Made by a program: the position numbers and the translations under genes
Shown: positions 50,511 to 63,688 of the stretch, piece by piece
How positions within the stretch are numbered: position 1 is the stretch's first letter
Layout of the letters: each line of letters starts with the position of its first letter
Assembly: GCF_000143415.4 (NCBI RefSeq)
Contig: NW_003314311.1
Location: forward strand, 876,769-940,768
Length of the DNA stretch: 64,000 nucleotides
Direction of reading: 5' to 3'
Source of the DNA: Selaginella moellendorffii
Lineage: Eukaryota; Plantae; Lycopodiophyta
The notes under the pieces: model-generated
The model's database searches: none
Told to the model about the DNA's origin: nothing
Seen by the model: only the letters and a program-made list of their open reading frames with translations

Positions 50511-51509
50511 ATGTTCTATAAAGGTTCAAAACAATTTTCTATTTTTATCTTTCTATATTCATTAAATATATTATTAATATTTGCAACACCTCCAATCACT
50601 ATTCCTGTTCCAGCTAATGAGCCTACCATAATATATGCTAAAAATCCCTCTATCAATGTTAATCCCTTTACCCGCCTTATGAGACATGCTTTAACATATG
50701 TTTCTTCAAATTTTCTTAATAATCAAACATATCCATCTGGAATACGAAGTCTTGTTATTAGGTTCTACCAATCAGGATTCAATGTTACTCTAAATTTATA
50801 TATCTTAGATCCTGGAGTAATTGGTCAAGAGAGTCTTATACAATATGATTGTACTACTGATCCAATAAATCAATTAGGCTTTCAAGGTAGTGAGGTGAGA
50901 ACCATTTTTGAAAGGATCCTAACATTCATTCGAACAAGAGCTGCAGCAGATATATATGGAATAACTTTTTATGGAGAAGTTCGTGTTGTTTTCTTCAATC
51001 TCATGATTGACTATGAGATCACTATCCCACTTCCTAAGCTTCCCCAAGCTATAATACATATAAATATTACTGAAGACCATAAATCCAATATAATTCCACA
51101 GGTACAAATAACAGATCCACATAAAAATTGTTGGGCATTTTCAACCATACTAATTGGTCAGAAGGCTGATATTCAAGGCTCAACTATTGAAATTGAAAAC
51201 AGTTTAACTTCACCAAATCGAAAATTCAGACTAACTTTGAAGAGTGATTGCAAGCTAAAATTGTATAGAATTGGGTATAGCATCCCACTTTGGATCAGTG
51301 AACATAATTATAAGCCACATCAAGGTTGTTATGCACATTTACAGCAAGATGGAAATTTTGCTACTATGGCAGATAACAAAATTTATTGGGCTAGTAATAG
51401 GTATTGTATACCACAACCTTCATGTAAAATCACAACAACATTAGTTGTTAGTAATCATGGAAATATTATTATTTATTGGAAGGGCCAAGTTTTTTGGAAA
51501 GCCTTGTGA
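50511..51509 (+). CDS. Secreted chimeric lectin: signal peptide + unknown ~190 aa domain + C-terminal GNA/bulb-type (B-lectin) domain
   Basis: Intact 332-aa single-exon ORF with a hydrophobic N-terminus. The C-terminal ~110 aa (51177-51506) read SL.SPN.KF.L.L.SDC.L.LY...PLW.S...CYAHLQQDGNF....YWAS...LVVSNHGNIIIY.G..FW. Confidence 0.88.
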   Translation: MFYKGSKQFSIFIFLYSLNILLIFATPPITIPVPANEPTIIYAKNPSINVNPFTRLMRHALTYVSSNFLNNQTYPSGIRSLVIRFYQSGFNVTLNLYILDPGVIGQESLIQYDCTTDPINQLGFQGSEVRTIFERILTFIRTRAAADIYGITFYGEVRVVFFNLMIDYEITIPLPKLPQAIIHINITEDHKSNIIPQVQITDPHKNCWAFSTILIGQKADIQGSTIEIENSLTSPNRKFRLTLKSDCKLKLYRIGYSIPLWISEHNYKPHQGCYAHLQQDGNFATMADNKIYWASNRYCIPQPSCKITTTLVVSNHGNIIIYWKGQVFWKAL

Positions 51510-52282
51510 ACTATAAATTTAATTGATTTGCCTCATTATGTTTGGCAGCAGCCTTTAAGCACTGTTAAAGCACCAAAAAGCATGACAAAGAGCATTTTTT
51601 ATTTAACCAGACTAAATTACTTTTTAATTGTATATGATAAAAAATTGAGCTTCAAAGAAATGAATAGTATACTACTATAATGTTAGGGCCCAAATGATAT
51701 TGTTAAATTAGTATTTTAAAAAACTAGAGTTCTTGTGAATTTAGAGAGCAATAGAAAACACAAAAAGATGGGAAGTGGAAGGAGGAAGGAAGGGAATGTT
51801 CTTTTCTAAGAGTGTATTTAAATGTGTAAACTTAATAAAACAAGATATCATATTTAAGCAGATAGTATAGCAAATAACATATCTATATTTAATTCAGGAT
51901 TTACATAAGCTGTATAAAATATAGAACCCACTTGTGTATTCCTACCAGAAGGCAATGAGTGTCATAAAAATCTAATAAAAATTGAAGGTAAAAGATCCAT
52001 ATTTATTTACATTAGAATTGCTCCATTATCTCCATAATCCTCATAATAAAAAAATTTTGAGATAGAAAAATATGAAAAAGTAATTAAAATGAAAAATTTA
52101 TATTTCATTTGTGAGAATGATTAGTATTTGTGATGCAATATTAATTGGATGGATTATTCAATCAAAACAAACAGTCCATTTTGTAAATATGATACTATTT
52201 AGTATATACATATTAATTTACAAATAAATCATCCAGTATTATAAAAGAAAAAATATGACATAGGTGGAAATGTTAATCACTC

Positions 52283-53060
52283 AGGATGCTTGGCATGACT
52301 TCCCATACCAGTGCACCAACTTATACCCAAAGTGCACTACGGATCACATTTTAAGAATCTAGTTCCTCCAAATTATCAAGTCCTCTCACTTGACAAGTTT
52401 ATAATCATGTATGGACTCTTCGATGCTTAGCTCCATGGGCCACCATTTTGAAGTTAACACTTTCAATTAGGATTTTTGTTCCCCCCGACTTACAAATCTT
52501 ACTTAGCAAGTCATCTAACCAGTGTAATATGGTTTTATACAAAAGTGTAAAAATTTTAAACCATCAACTTTCATTCAAAGCCATTTCTTTGAACACTCGG
52601 AAACTAATTCTTTAACCTTGAAAACCTTGCCTCATAACAAGTTTCAAGACTATTCTTTTGCTACACCACTCTAATTTTATACATTTTTATAAACTATTTA
52701 CACTTGTCTTTCTAAGTACTAACCTACCTAGAATTGTCTTTAGAAACCTTTAAAGGATTTTATCCCTTAGCTGCTAAAACCTTTTATTTGGTAAGCTTTC
52801 TAATTGCTATATGGTCTAATATGGATAATTTCATGCCTTAAACTCTCCATGGCATCATAATTGTCAGTAGTAACACTTTTAAACACCCACTTCATTCTCC
52901 ACTCCTAACTTATATAACCATTATTAGTTATATCTTTTAATTTCTATAGATTGGTTTTATCCCTTTATTACTTGCTTTTGACTTTATATGTTCCCTTTAG
53001 TTATTCTCCTTCTTTCTACCATGCCTTAGTAAGTATTTTTAAGGATGAACCTACCCAATG
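52283..53060 (-). mobile_element. Old relic homologous to the internal region of element 56248-63920
   Basis: Collinear with ~59618-60420 (gatgc.tggcatgact.ccca..cc.gtgcaccaactta...). Confidence 0.75.
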
Positions 53061-53789
53061 ACTTTATTATTTTATTTTTTATTATTTATTCTTATAATTT
53101 TTAAATTTTCCTTATATTTAAAGCTATTCCATTATGTGATGGCATATGTGCAGCTATTGTTTTTCAATTGTAGAGAAATTTATTATGTACATAAACATAT
53201 TTAATTTATTTTGTGATTGTATAGATTATAATATTTGCATGAGATATACTACACCATGTGTGCAACCATATCATCTCCTCTTTTTTGAGTGATTCAATTC
53301 AATCTATAATCCATAGAGTTTGGTATATACAAGAAAGTGCAAAGCATTGTAAGATTTTGTTGTGAGCAATTAATAAATGACTTTTCTATCGTTTTCTTGG
53401 CCATAACCTGTATAGAGATTGATCCTTTGAAAGAATTTAAGGTGAGATTAAGTTCCTTGAGATTTTGGGGTGGTGGAGATACAAATCAATTGAAGTTGGT
53501 AGATTGTCATTTAGATCCAAGCACTTGATCTTTTGCAATTGCGAAGGGATCTTGCTCAAGAGGATGTTGCTTTTGAGATTGTGCCAGGAGCCCTAGAAGT
53601 ATGGTGGTGATAAAAATTAGGCCTTGCTAGGCTACTGAGTGAGATTGACATTTTTGCTCGTAATACAGATTTTCTATTTTGGCATTGCATTGTGATTAAT
53701 TAATGATTTTGGTGCTTAAAGAATTCATATATATCACTAATGTGTACAAAACCATGCAAACATCATACCAATGCCTTGAAAACACTTAG

Positions 53790-54240
53790 GTCCAAACATT
53801 AATTTATAAGTCCAAATTTATACTAGGAATAGTGGGTAGGTCAAATGTATAGCTATTTAAGACATTGTTTGGCTCTCCACTAGGCACTATTATCTTTGTT
53901 TGCATCCGGTTTAGGTAAGCCCAACTTCCATACTATACTAGTTGGTTTTAGCATCGGGTTTCTAGGGGCTATAAAGGGTTTCAAATGTATAGTAGAGATA
54001 ATTGATAAATTGAAAGCATGGTTGACTACTTGAGATATTATCTAGCCCCGTACTAAGTATATATTTATGATTTTTTTACATTTGGTTTCCCAACTTCCAT
54101 ACCATACTGACTGGTGGAGTACCTATATCTTTGTATTAGGTTATTGATATTGAATAGTGCTAGCTTTATTTGGCTCCAGTTTATGTTTTGATCTTTACAT
54201 TGGGATGTTAGATGCTTTAGGACTATTCTAATGTTCCAAT
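53790..54240 (+). repeat. Degenerate LTR fragments of the 2202/15304-type families
   Basis: caaatgtatagtag, gtttggctc and ggtggagtacc.atatctttgtattagg match those LTRs in inverted orientation. Confidence 0.5.
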
Positions 54241-54639
54241 ATATAAATTATCTTTACTACTAACATCTTCAATAAGTTTATAGATTATAGGTAATATTTT
54301 GTCTATATAGAAAAAAAAGAGCTTGTGGTCTTTTATAATACTTAATTATACAATGAGTATATATAATGAATAGCAATAATAATGCAAGAAAAATTAATAT
54401 AGTAATTTCTAATTTAAATAGTTATATTGAGACTAAATATTAAAAATATAAACACATAAATATTTATAAATGTAAATACAAATAATATAACCAGATATTA
54501 TAAATATTATAAATTTTATTTTATTATCCTTTATATACTATTGTGAGGTCTAGATGTATAGCTACAATGCCATGTACTAATATTAAAATAATGAAATTTT
54601 AATAGCCATTAGATTAACTATGGTTATTGAGTTAATTAA

Positions 54640-55960
54640 ATATACACATTTCTATATTCCATTTTTATATTCCATGCACTCATATTAGTGGATATAAGTA
54701 GTTTTAATTATCTCTAAGGAGTGTTTGGATTTGAGCTTTTGGTTTAGATCTAGCTTTTGCATTGTTTAGATCTTTTATATTATTATAGTATTTTCCATTT
54801 CTTCTCTATTATTTTTCTTCTTTTCATTAATCTTTATTGTAGAGTAGTAGCCTCCTCCTCCTTTTACTCTAGAGTAATAATTAATATTATGTGATTACAG
54901 CTAAACAATTAGACTCAGTTAATGGCAGCATTTATGACATGTGGTGCAGTTCCTTCTGCTTTTGCTATTAATCCTCACATCCAACTAAAGTTCTTCTGAG
55001 GGAATTATACCATTGATTTAATCACTTTATAATGATTGCCACTTATCATTCTTGGGATGATGTTTGGTGTCTACACAAGTTTTCCACATGTCTCCAACAA
55101 ACAACATTGTGCATAACCACTTGTATGGAATGGAGCCTTGTCCCAGATGTCTTTAAGTCCACATGCTAACAATTGTGATGATGCCTTTTTGTAATTACAT
55201 TGTCTTTGCTAAAGGTCATGAGTCAGTTATACAATTTGGTGTTTATTTTTAGAGCCTTTTACTTCATGCAAAGTTAAATATGTCAAATAGAAATATTTTG
55301 GCCAATGCTTCATCAAAATTTTATAGGATTGACTTATGCATGCACTTGCCTCAGCCACCCTTGATAATGTTCTTCCACTAGCACAATGCTATGAAACATC
55401 ACCTCTCCCATATATCATTATATGTACTTCAGCTCCAAAGATGATTTTATTCTGATGCAAGTTGATGCTATTACTCCTTGTGTTCAAGGATAAGGGTGAG
55501 GATAAGATTATGGTGTAAACTCTTGAATTTGGACTTTCTAAGAGGTCATTTAACTTAGTATTACTCAAACCCAAGGACAATTAACTCCAAATATTCTAAG
55601 ATCCTTAACTAATTGGAAAAGGGGGTTCACTCTTATTTATGGGCCTTTTCCCTTTATATTTGAATCTCTATAGATCATCTTTTGAATTGTTCTCTTTGGT
55701 TTCTTACATATGGCCATGATTTTTACTATTAAACATGTGATGAAGTTAGCCATACATATTAGCATTATCGGTGTTTTCTAAATTGGCATCCTTCATTTGC
55801 TAGGTGGAGGTCTTAGTGTCAACAATGTCCTGTTAGTGCTTGGCATGAAAAAGTTTCCAAAAAATAAGGAGTCACACGAGTAATGGAAAGTCTTTGCATG
55901 AATAAGTCATTAACCCCTCTATCCTTTTTCTATGAGTACCATCAAAAGGTTCACTTGGCA
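54640..55960 (+). mobile_element. Gypsy gag relic carrying a solo short LTR
   Basis: Homologous to 26330-26990 and to inverted ~800-1760. Confidence 0.55.
55514..55708. mobile_element. 195-bp solo LTR
   Basis: TG...CA termini, perfect TSD tatgg, homologous to 3592-3785. Confidence 0.8.
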
Positions 55961-55984
55961 TTAATTCATCCAATATTTATTTTT

Positions 55985-56247
55985 TGTAAGCAATTAAATT
56001 TTATTTTTTGCTTTAATCAATTAACTACACCTTTAACCACTTGGAAGAGTCTCACTCATAACCTCTATAAATCTTTTTCCCAACTTGGGAACATACTAGC
56101 CTTGTGAATGGCATCGAAGCCACTTAGCCTTTGCACTTGGTCCAAGTGCTCCACATGTCCGATTTCATGCCAAACATTCTAAAGGTACTACTAACCTATC
56201 AACCCGTTATGATAAGGATATGTCCCTTCACCTTTGTCATATCAGTA
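55985..56247 (-). repeat. Older diverged LTR of the 56248 family, split by the young element (resumes at 63921-64000)
   Basis: Aligns to 56248-56508. The sequence after 63920 continues the same LTR alignment. Confidence 0.8.
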
Positions 56248-57247
56248 TGTAAGGGACTAAATTTTCCATTCTACTTTAGTCACTTAACCACACCTCTGAC
56301 CACTTGGAGGAGTCTCATTCACAACCTCCATAAGTCCAATCCAGGACTTGGGACTTGCTAGCCCCGAGAATGCCATCCATGCCACTCAACATTTGCACTT
56401 GGTCCAAGTGCTCCACGTGTCCGATCCCATGACCGACACTCAAAGGTACCACCGACATAGCAGCCCGTTACGCTAAGGCCATGCCCAATCACCTTTGCCA
56501 CACTGGTAGTCCAATACCACTTGCATCACCGTCTTGGCTCTCCCAGACTAGGCAAACTATCCGTGAGTGGTCATCTCAGATCCACTCCTTAGCATCCTTA
56601 GGATGCCCACCGACAAGGGGAATAGCCTTCCCCAATATCCCTCTGTCAGTCCCCACTAAGTCCCTTTCTGCCCCTGGCCGTGTTTGCCAACACTGCCACT
56701 GGATTGAGACCCACAGGCCCGACCACTAAGTCCCACGGTCCTCTGGGACTTCCTCACCACACGACTGTGTCCTTGGTCACTACCCCAGAGGACTGCTCCT
56801 CTTCCTTTCCACAGTCTGGGCCTTTGGGACAACATCTCGGAACACCGTGGCTTTACGCGAGCCACCTGGGTACTCTCCTCGCCTTCTGCCCTTGGGTGCT
56901 CTAGCCATGGGCTTAGAGCGGGTTCCATTGAGCCACACCAGGTATCCAAGTAGGTAGTGCCACCCACACTTGGACTGGGAGCATCGGCTAGTCGATCTCC
57001 CGGGGGAACTAGAGCCGGCTCTTGAACACTTCACCAAGCTACCCCGCTTGTCGGTCTGTGTTCACTCTAGTCTTGGACTTCCCAGTGGGCAGCTCATCAC
57101 CCAACACTGGGTCCGGCCTTCCTGGGCCAAACTGGCCTTTCCTAGCCAAACTGGCTCCACTGCAGTCCTCCCCCTACTATACTTTTGGAGCTCACCAAAC
57201 CCCCCAGGGTCTGGGAGACGAACGCTTTGGGCTTTCACCCTCTCAGG

Positions 57248-57799
57248 CTCCGGACTTGGATTTGGACTCGGACTCGGGCTCGGGCTCGGTCTCGGCCTCG
57301 GCCTCGGTCTCGGTCCCGATCTCGGTCTCGGTCTCGGTCTCGGTCCCGGTCTCGGTCTCGACTTCGGACTCCATCTCGGACTCCATCTCGGACTCCATCT
57401 CGGACTCCATCTCGGGTCCATCTCGGGTCCATCTCGGACTCCATCTCGGGTTCCATCTCGGGTCCATCTCGGACTCCATTTCGGGTCCATCTCGGGTCCA
57501 CCTCGGACTCCATCTCAGACTCCATCTCGGACTCCATCTCGGACTCCATCTCGGGTCCATCTCGGACTCCACTTCGAACTCCAACTCGGGTCCATCTCGG
57601 GTCCACCTCGGACTCCACTTCGGACTCCATCTTGGGCTCCATCTCGGGTCCATCTCGGACTCCACTTCGGACTCCAACTTGGGTCCATCTCGGACTCCAC
57701 TTCGGACTCCAACTCGGGTCCATCTCGGACTCCACTTCGGACTCCAACTCGGGTCCATCTCGGACTCCACTTCGGACTCCAACTCGAGTCCATCTCGGA
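57248..57799. repeat. GC-rich minisatellite (6-, 11- and 12-bp units: ctcggt, gggtccatctc, ggactccatctc) in the 3' LTR
   Basis: Directly visible; it accounts for the overlapping RS/SDSI/GL ORFs. Confidence 0.95.
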
Positions 57800-60700
57800 C
57801 ACTCCCACGTGTCATGTGTTTGTCCTTTTGGGTCCCTTTTTGGAGCCTCGCCTTTTGCTCGCTTCGTGCTCGTTCCTCGAGCACTTCGTTGGGAGTTCCA
57901 CTCCCGCTCTTGACTTTTCAAGTCGGAGCTTTTGGTCCAAACGTGTTACGCTCGTTTGGCTCTCGCTTCGGCCACTACCATGTGGCGCCCTTCCGGCTCC
58001 ACTTTGGGGCCTAGGGATTTTGTGTCTCACAACTCCACCACCCATAGACGAAGTTCGATGTCCTCATCGAACGGTGAACCATTTTATAAAGTAACACCCA
58101 CATGTGTTACCATTTCCATCCTTGGCGCGTAGCCAATATTTGTCAATGGTGTGACATTGAAGGCTCACCATGCCTTCTCCATATTCGTCAATGGTTGGAC
58201 ATTGAAGGCTCACCATGCCTTTTGCATATCCTCTAAGGAGGGTAGTCTCTCCAACTTAGAGACTGATTGGACCACATATAGTGGTTCTCTCCTTTTATTG
58301 GTTTAGTTCTCGCTAAACCTCTTAGAGACCCTTCTCTAAGTCAATCCCACTACTCCTTCTCGAGTAGTCTCAATTTCCATCGATATAACCTTTGCACTTT
58401 GGAACTTTGAATTTTGACTTCTTGGAGTCAATTTCCTAGGTGTCTCCGACACCTTGCCTTGCACCTTTTGTGCAACTCCACTTCCCATCCTAGGAAGTTC
58501 TCTACTCGAGGGCACCATCATCCTCTCTTCTATTTCGTGCCAAAGTTCCAGTTATCATACTTTGTGCTAGGGCTGTTCATGGCCCTATCATTTGGCTACC
58601 TTACCGCTCCCTCCCTTGGAGCTTCCACTTTCGCCAAATCGGAGCATTTCGGAATCCCTCCTTGGAAACACACTTCCTTTCCCGCAACTTGTTAGCGTCC
58701 AACACATTAGTGTTCCTTGCCTAACTTTGTCACTTGGATTCCTTCCAAGGGATTCCACGGCCCTATCCTGGCCACTCATCTTTTGCTCCTATCCGTTGAT
58801 TGTTGCACCAAGCAACATCGAATCTCTACCTCCCTTCTTGAGGTATTCTTTTGATTCCATAGCAAAGGCTCTGCTTTGCCAAGACTAGGGTGTTCACCCC
58901 TAGTAAGTCTCTTTTAGCATCTTCTGCATTGGGCTCTATCCTCAGCCCAACTTTGTGACCCTCTCATGGGTCTCTTTAGAGACTACTTTCCTCGGACTCA
59001 CTATGCCATCGCACGGACATAGTTTACTTCCCTTAGGTGCTTTTCCCACTTGGTCATCACGACCAAGCCACACCACCTTAAACAGGTCAATTTCAACATT
59101 TTGAACCAGGAACTTCATTCCTTAGCCAACCAAGGACCTTGTCCTTATCTGGCCATAAGATCACCTGGTGATCTCACGTTGGCACCTTAACAGAGTTGCC
59201 AAGAAGTACTTGGTCTTCTAGACCTCCAAGTTGTTGACTATAACCCCGGGGGCATCCCCCACACTTGGCGGTGCACCCAAGCTAGCCCTTACGGCCAAGG
59301 GTTCATAGCAACTGAGATTAGGTGTCCCCATCTCACTCACCACGACCTTGGTGCCACTTGCACCAAAGTGTTCAAGTTAGATATGCTGAGCTTTCACACT
59401 AAGCAATCTAACCGTGCATCACGACTCCGAGGCATCCCTCTCTTGGCGGTGTGCCCAAACCAGTCTCCCCACTGAGAGTCCATGACCACCGAAATATGAG
59501 TGTCCTCATATTCCAAACCATCACCACACCCTAGTGATTTGGGACTCGAACCCAAGCACTAGAGGGTCGGGACTCGAACCCAACCTCCGTATATGCATCT
59601 ACGGACGGCATCACACAAGATGCCTGGCATGACTCCCCACGCCGGTGCACCAACTTATTTTTTAAAGCGCGCTACAGATCACAACTTAGGAACCTAGTTC
59701 CTCCACACTGCCAAGTCCTCTCACTTGACATATCTGTGATCATGCATGGGCTCCTCCATGCTTGGCCCCATGAGCCACCCTTTTTGAAGTTAGCACCTTC
59801 AACTAGGGTATTTGTTCCCCCCAACTTGCCAATCTCACTTAGCAAGTCATCTGGCCACCGTAACATGGTTCATGCATAAGCGTGGAAGTCCCTAACCATC
59901 AACTTTCGTTCAAAGCCCTCTCTTTGAACACTCGGGAACTACTTCCCTAACCTTGACAGCCTTGCCTCATGGCAAGCTTCAAGACCACGCTTCTGCTGCG
60001 CCACTCTGATTTCGCGCGTTCTATGAACCATTTACACTTGGCCTTTCTAGGTACTAAGCTGCCTAGAATCGTCTTTGGGAACCTTGAAGGAACTCTGTCC
60101 CTCAACTTGCTAAGGCCTCCCTTTTTGCAAGCCTTCCAAATGCCACATAGTCTAACATGGACAATTCCATATTTTAGACTTTCCATGGCATCACGGTTGC
60201 TAGTGGCAACACCCTTGAGCCCCCACTTGATTCTCCACTCCCAGCTCGCATAACCAACCTTGGTTATGCCATTTGATTCCTACGGTTCGGTTCTATCCCC
60301 TTACTTCTTGCTTTTGGGCTTCACACCTTTCCTTTAGTCATTCTCCTCCAGACCAGGAGGATAGCTTTGCACTTTCTATCATGCTTTAGCAAGTATTCTT
60401 AGGGATGAACCTACCCAATAGCCTAGGGAGTGGTTCCTCAATCCGGGTATGCTCACCTTATAATCCCACACACTGGGATTACATTGTTGCTTATGGGCCT
60501 TTACATGCCCATCACTAGCCTTGCCAAAATTCCATTTTTGGCTTTGTCCAACTCGGGTAGACAGTCCTCTCTTGTCTCCGCAACCTTGGACATTTGGATA
60601 GCACCTTCTATCCATCATTCGCTAGGGACTTAGTCCCTTGGGCTTTATCTATTGCCCTCGCGACATCAAACACCACCTTCTGGTGTTCTAGAGTGTTCGG

Positions 60701-63130
60701 GTGTCCCAATGATGGCTTTTTTGACAATGAGTATTTCCTTTTATGACATTGACTTACTTTATCGCAACACAAGCAACTTATCCCCCGTAAGGGTATATCC
60801 AACTTCCCTATGTTATTAAGAAGTCTTGGGTAGCTACCTTCTACCCGTTTAACCAGTTATTTTGCACCTCTTGCTTAGTTGCCTCATAGTTGTCAAGTCC
60901 TACAACTCATTGCTTGGTGCTTTCACACCTCCATCATTATCTGGGTCACCACACTCCAACTGCATGCTCTGCAGCTTAGGCTATGCTATTCCCATTTCCA
61001 TTGGGATTCCTTTGGCAAGGGGTTCTCATGAACCCACCAACATAGCCTCAAGGTATCACACCTTGGCACATTTGGTGTCTCCACACATCGGCTCCACGAG
61101 CCTACCTCTATGACATTTCCCCTTCGTGTCTAAGTCTTTGCCAAGACCAACACCGCTCTTTCTCATGCCAACCATCCGTTAACACTGCACCATAGAGGTC
61201 ACACACAACTTTATGTCAAAGTTGTTTTCTTCTGAGAACACCTTTCCCATAACTTTAGCATGGCACATTTTGCCATTGATGAGATACCCTCTGTTCTCAT
61301 CCTTGGATCCTATGATCCCCCCCCATCCTTTGTGGGGTACAACACACCTCAGTCCAAATGCTTCCATCAGTCCTTTTAGGACCATCCGTTGACTCTACTT
61401 GAGTCATCCAGCAGTTTTGGACTTGGTTAATCCACAGACCCGTAAGGTCCTACTTGTCAGGCACTAGCTCACTGGAATACACTTCTTGCATTCCTGTCCT
61501 ACTCAAAAGGACTATTTTCACAAGTGTTACTCCGACACTTGATTTTGTTCTCTGGGGGCAACCTTTGCCCCTTAGGACTACTTGTCCATGTGATGAGAAC
61601 ACCAACTCATCCACTTAATACACCCCCAACTCCTTGGGTTGTTCCAGCATTTATTAGAGGTAGCCCCGGCTACCTTTTCAAGGACTTGAGTCCTCTTCCG
61701 TATTTGACCTCCCACGGTCATTACTTCTGGTCTCACATTCATGAGCACCAACCTCAACTATATGAGGAAAATCTTGTGACTCCTTTATTGCTTTGGAGTC
61801 TTTATCTTTCCCGTGATCCCAACTGTAGTTGTTTACCACAACTACATTAGTCAGTTTGCTAAGTCAAACGCTCATCTGGATCACATCCTCAACTCTTTGA
61901 GGAAAACCATATACTGTTCCCAAGATCCCAAAGTCGTTCCATCATTGGCCCTTTTCTATCCACCACCTCGTCTACAAGTTCACACATGAACTGTAATGGA
62001 GAGCCATGTCTTCCCGACTTGCTACTCCTCAAGGATAGGCCCACTCCTCAGACCTTCTGATGCCAACACTAGTGGTGATATACTTGAGCACCAATAAAAG
62101 TCGGACTAAGGAACAGCTCCGATACCAAATTGTAAGGGACTAAATTTTCCATTCTACTTTAGTCACTTAACCACACCTCTAACCACTTGGAGGAGTCTCA
62201 TTCACAACCTCCATAAGTCCAATCCAGGACTTGGGACTTGCTAGCCCCGAGAATGGCATCCATGCCACTCAACATTTGCACTTGGTCCAAGTGCTCCACG
62301 TGTCTGATCCCATGACCGACACTCAAAGGTACCACCGACATAGCAGCCCATTACGCTAAGGCCATGCCCAATCACCTTTGCCACACTGGTAGTCCAATAC
62401 CACTTGCATCACCGTCTTGGCTCTCCCAGACTAGGCAAACTATCCGTGAGTGGTCATCTCAGATCCACTCCTTAGCATCCTTAGGATGCCCACCGACAAG
62501 GGGAATAGCCTTCCCCAATATCCCTCTGTCAGTCCCCACTAAGTCCCTTTCTGCCCCTGGCCGTGTTTGCCAACACTGCCACTGGATTGAGACCCACAGG
62601 CCCGACCACTAAGTCCCACGGTCCTCTGGGACTTCCTCACCACACGACTGTGTCCTTGGTCACTACCCCAGAGGACTGCTCCTCTTCCTTTCCACAGTCT
62701 GGGCCTTTGGGACAACATCTCGGAACACCGTGGCTTTACGCGAGCCACCTGGGTACTCTCCTCGCCTTCTGCCCTTGGGTGCTCTAGCCATGGGCTTAGA
62801 GCGGGTTCCATTGAGCCACACCAGGTATCCAAGTAGGTAGTGCCACCCACACTTGGACTGGGAGCATCGGCCAGTCGATCTCCCGGGGGAACTAGAGCCG
62901 GCTCTTGAACACTTCACCAAGCTACCCCGCTTGTCGGTCTGTGTTCACTCTAGTCTTGGACTTCCCAGTGGGCAGCTCATCACCCAACACTGGGTCCGGC
63001 CTTCCTGGGCCAAACTGGCCTTTCCTGGCCAAACTGGCTCCACTGCAGTCCTCCCCCTACTATACTTTTGGAGCTCACCAAACCCCCCAGGGTCTGGGAG
63101 ACGAACGCTTTGGGCTTTCACCCTCTCAGG

Positions 63131-63202
63131 CTCCGGACTTGGATTTGGACTCGGACTCGGGCTCGGGCTCGGTCTCGGCCTCGGCCTCGGTCTCGGTCCC
63201 GA

Positions 63203-63234
<32 letters not shown>

Positions 63235-63688
63235 CCGGTCTCGGTCTCGACTTCGGACTCCATCTCGGACTCCATCTCGGGTCCATCTCGGGTCCATCTC
63301 GGACTCCATCTCGGACTCCATCTCGGGTTCCATCTCGGGTCCATCTCGGACTCCATCTCGGACTCCATTTCGGGTCCATCTCGGGTCCACCTCGGACTCC
63401 ATCTCAGACTCCATCTCGGACTCCATCTCGGACTCCATCTCGGGTCCATCTCGGACTCCACTTCGGACTCCAACTCGGGTCCATCTCGGGTCCACCTCGG
63501 ACTCCACTTCGGACTCCATCTTGGGCTCCATCTCGGGTCCATCTCGGACTCCACTTCGGACTCCAACTCGGGTCCATCTCGGACTCCACTTCGGACTCCA
63601 ACTCGGGTCCATCTCGGACTCCACTTCGGACTCCAACTCGGGTCCATCTCGGACTCCACTTCAGACTCCAACTCGAGTCCATCTCGGA
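63131..63688. repeat. Same minisatellite in the 5' LTR
   Basis: Directly visible; unit order and number differ slightly from the other LTR. Confidence 0.95.

Noticed and set aside
57248-57799. CRISPR-like array
   Set aside because: Contiguous tandem units without unique spacers, in a eukaryotic LTR context. The same applies to the 26-bp units at 29400-29490.
56970-58094. SR-rich, SDSI and GL-repeat ORFs of 200-370 aa (duplicated at 62853-63926)
   Set aside because: Open in nearly all frames because of the LTR minisatellite; no protein domain.
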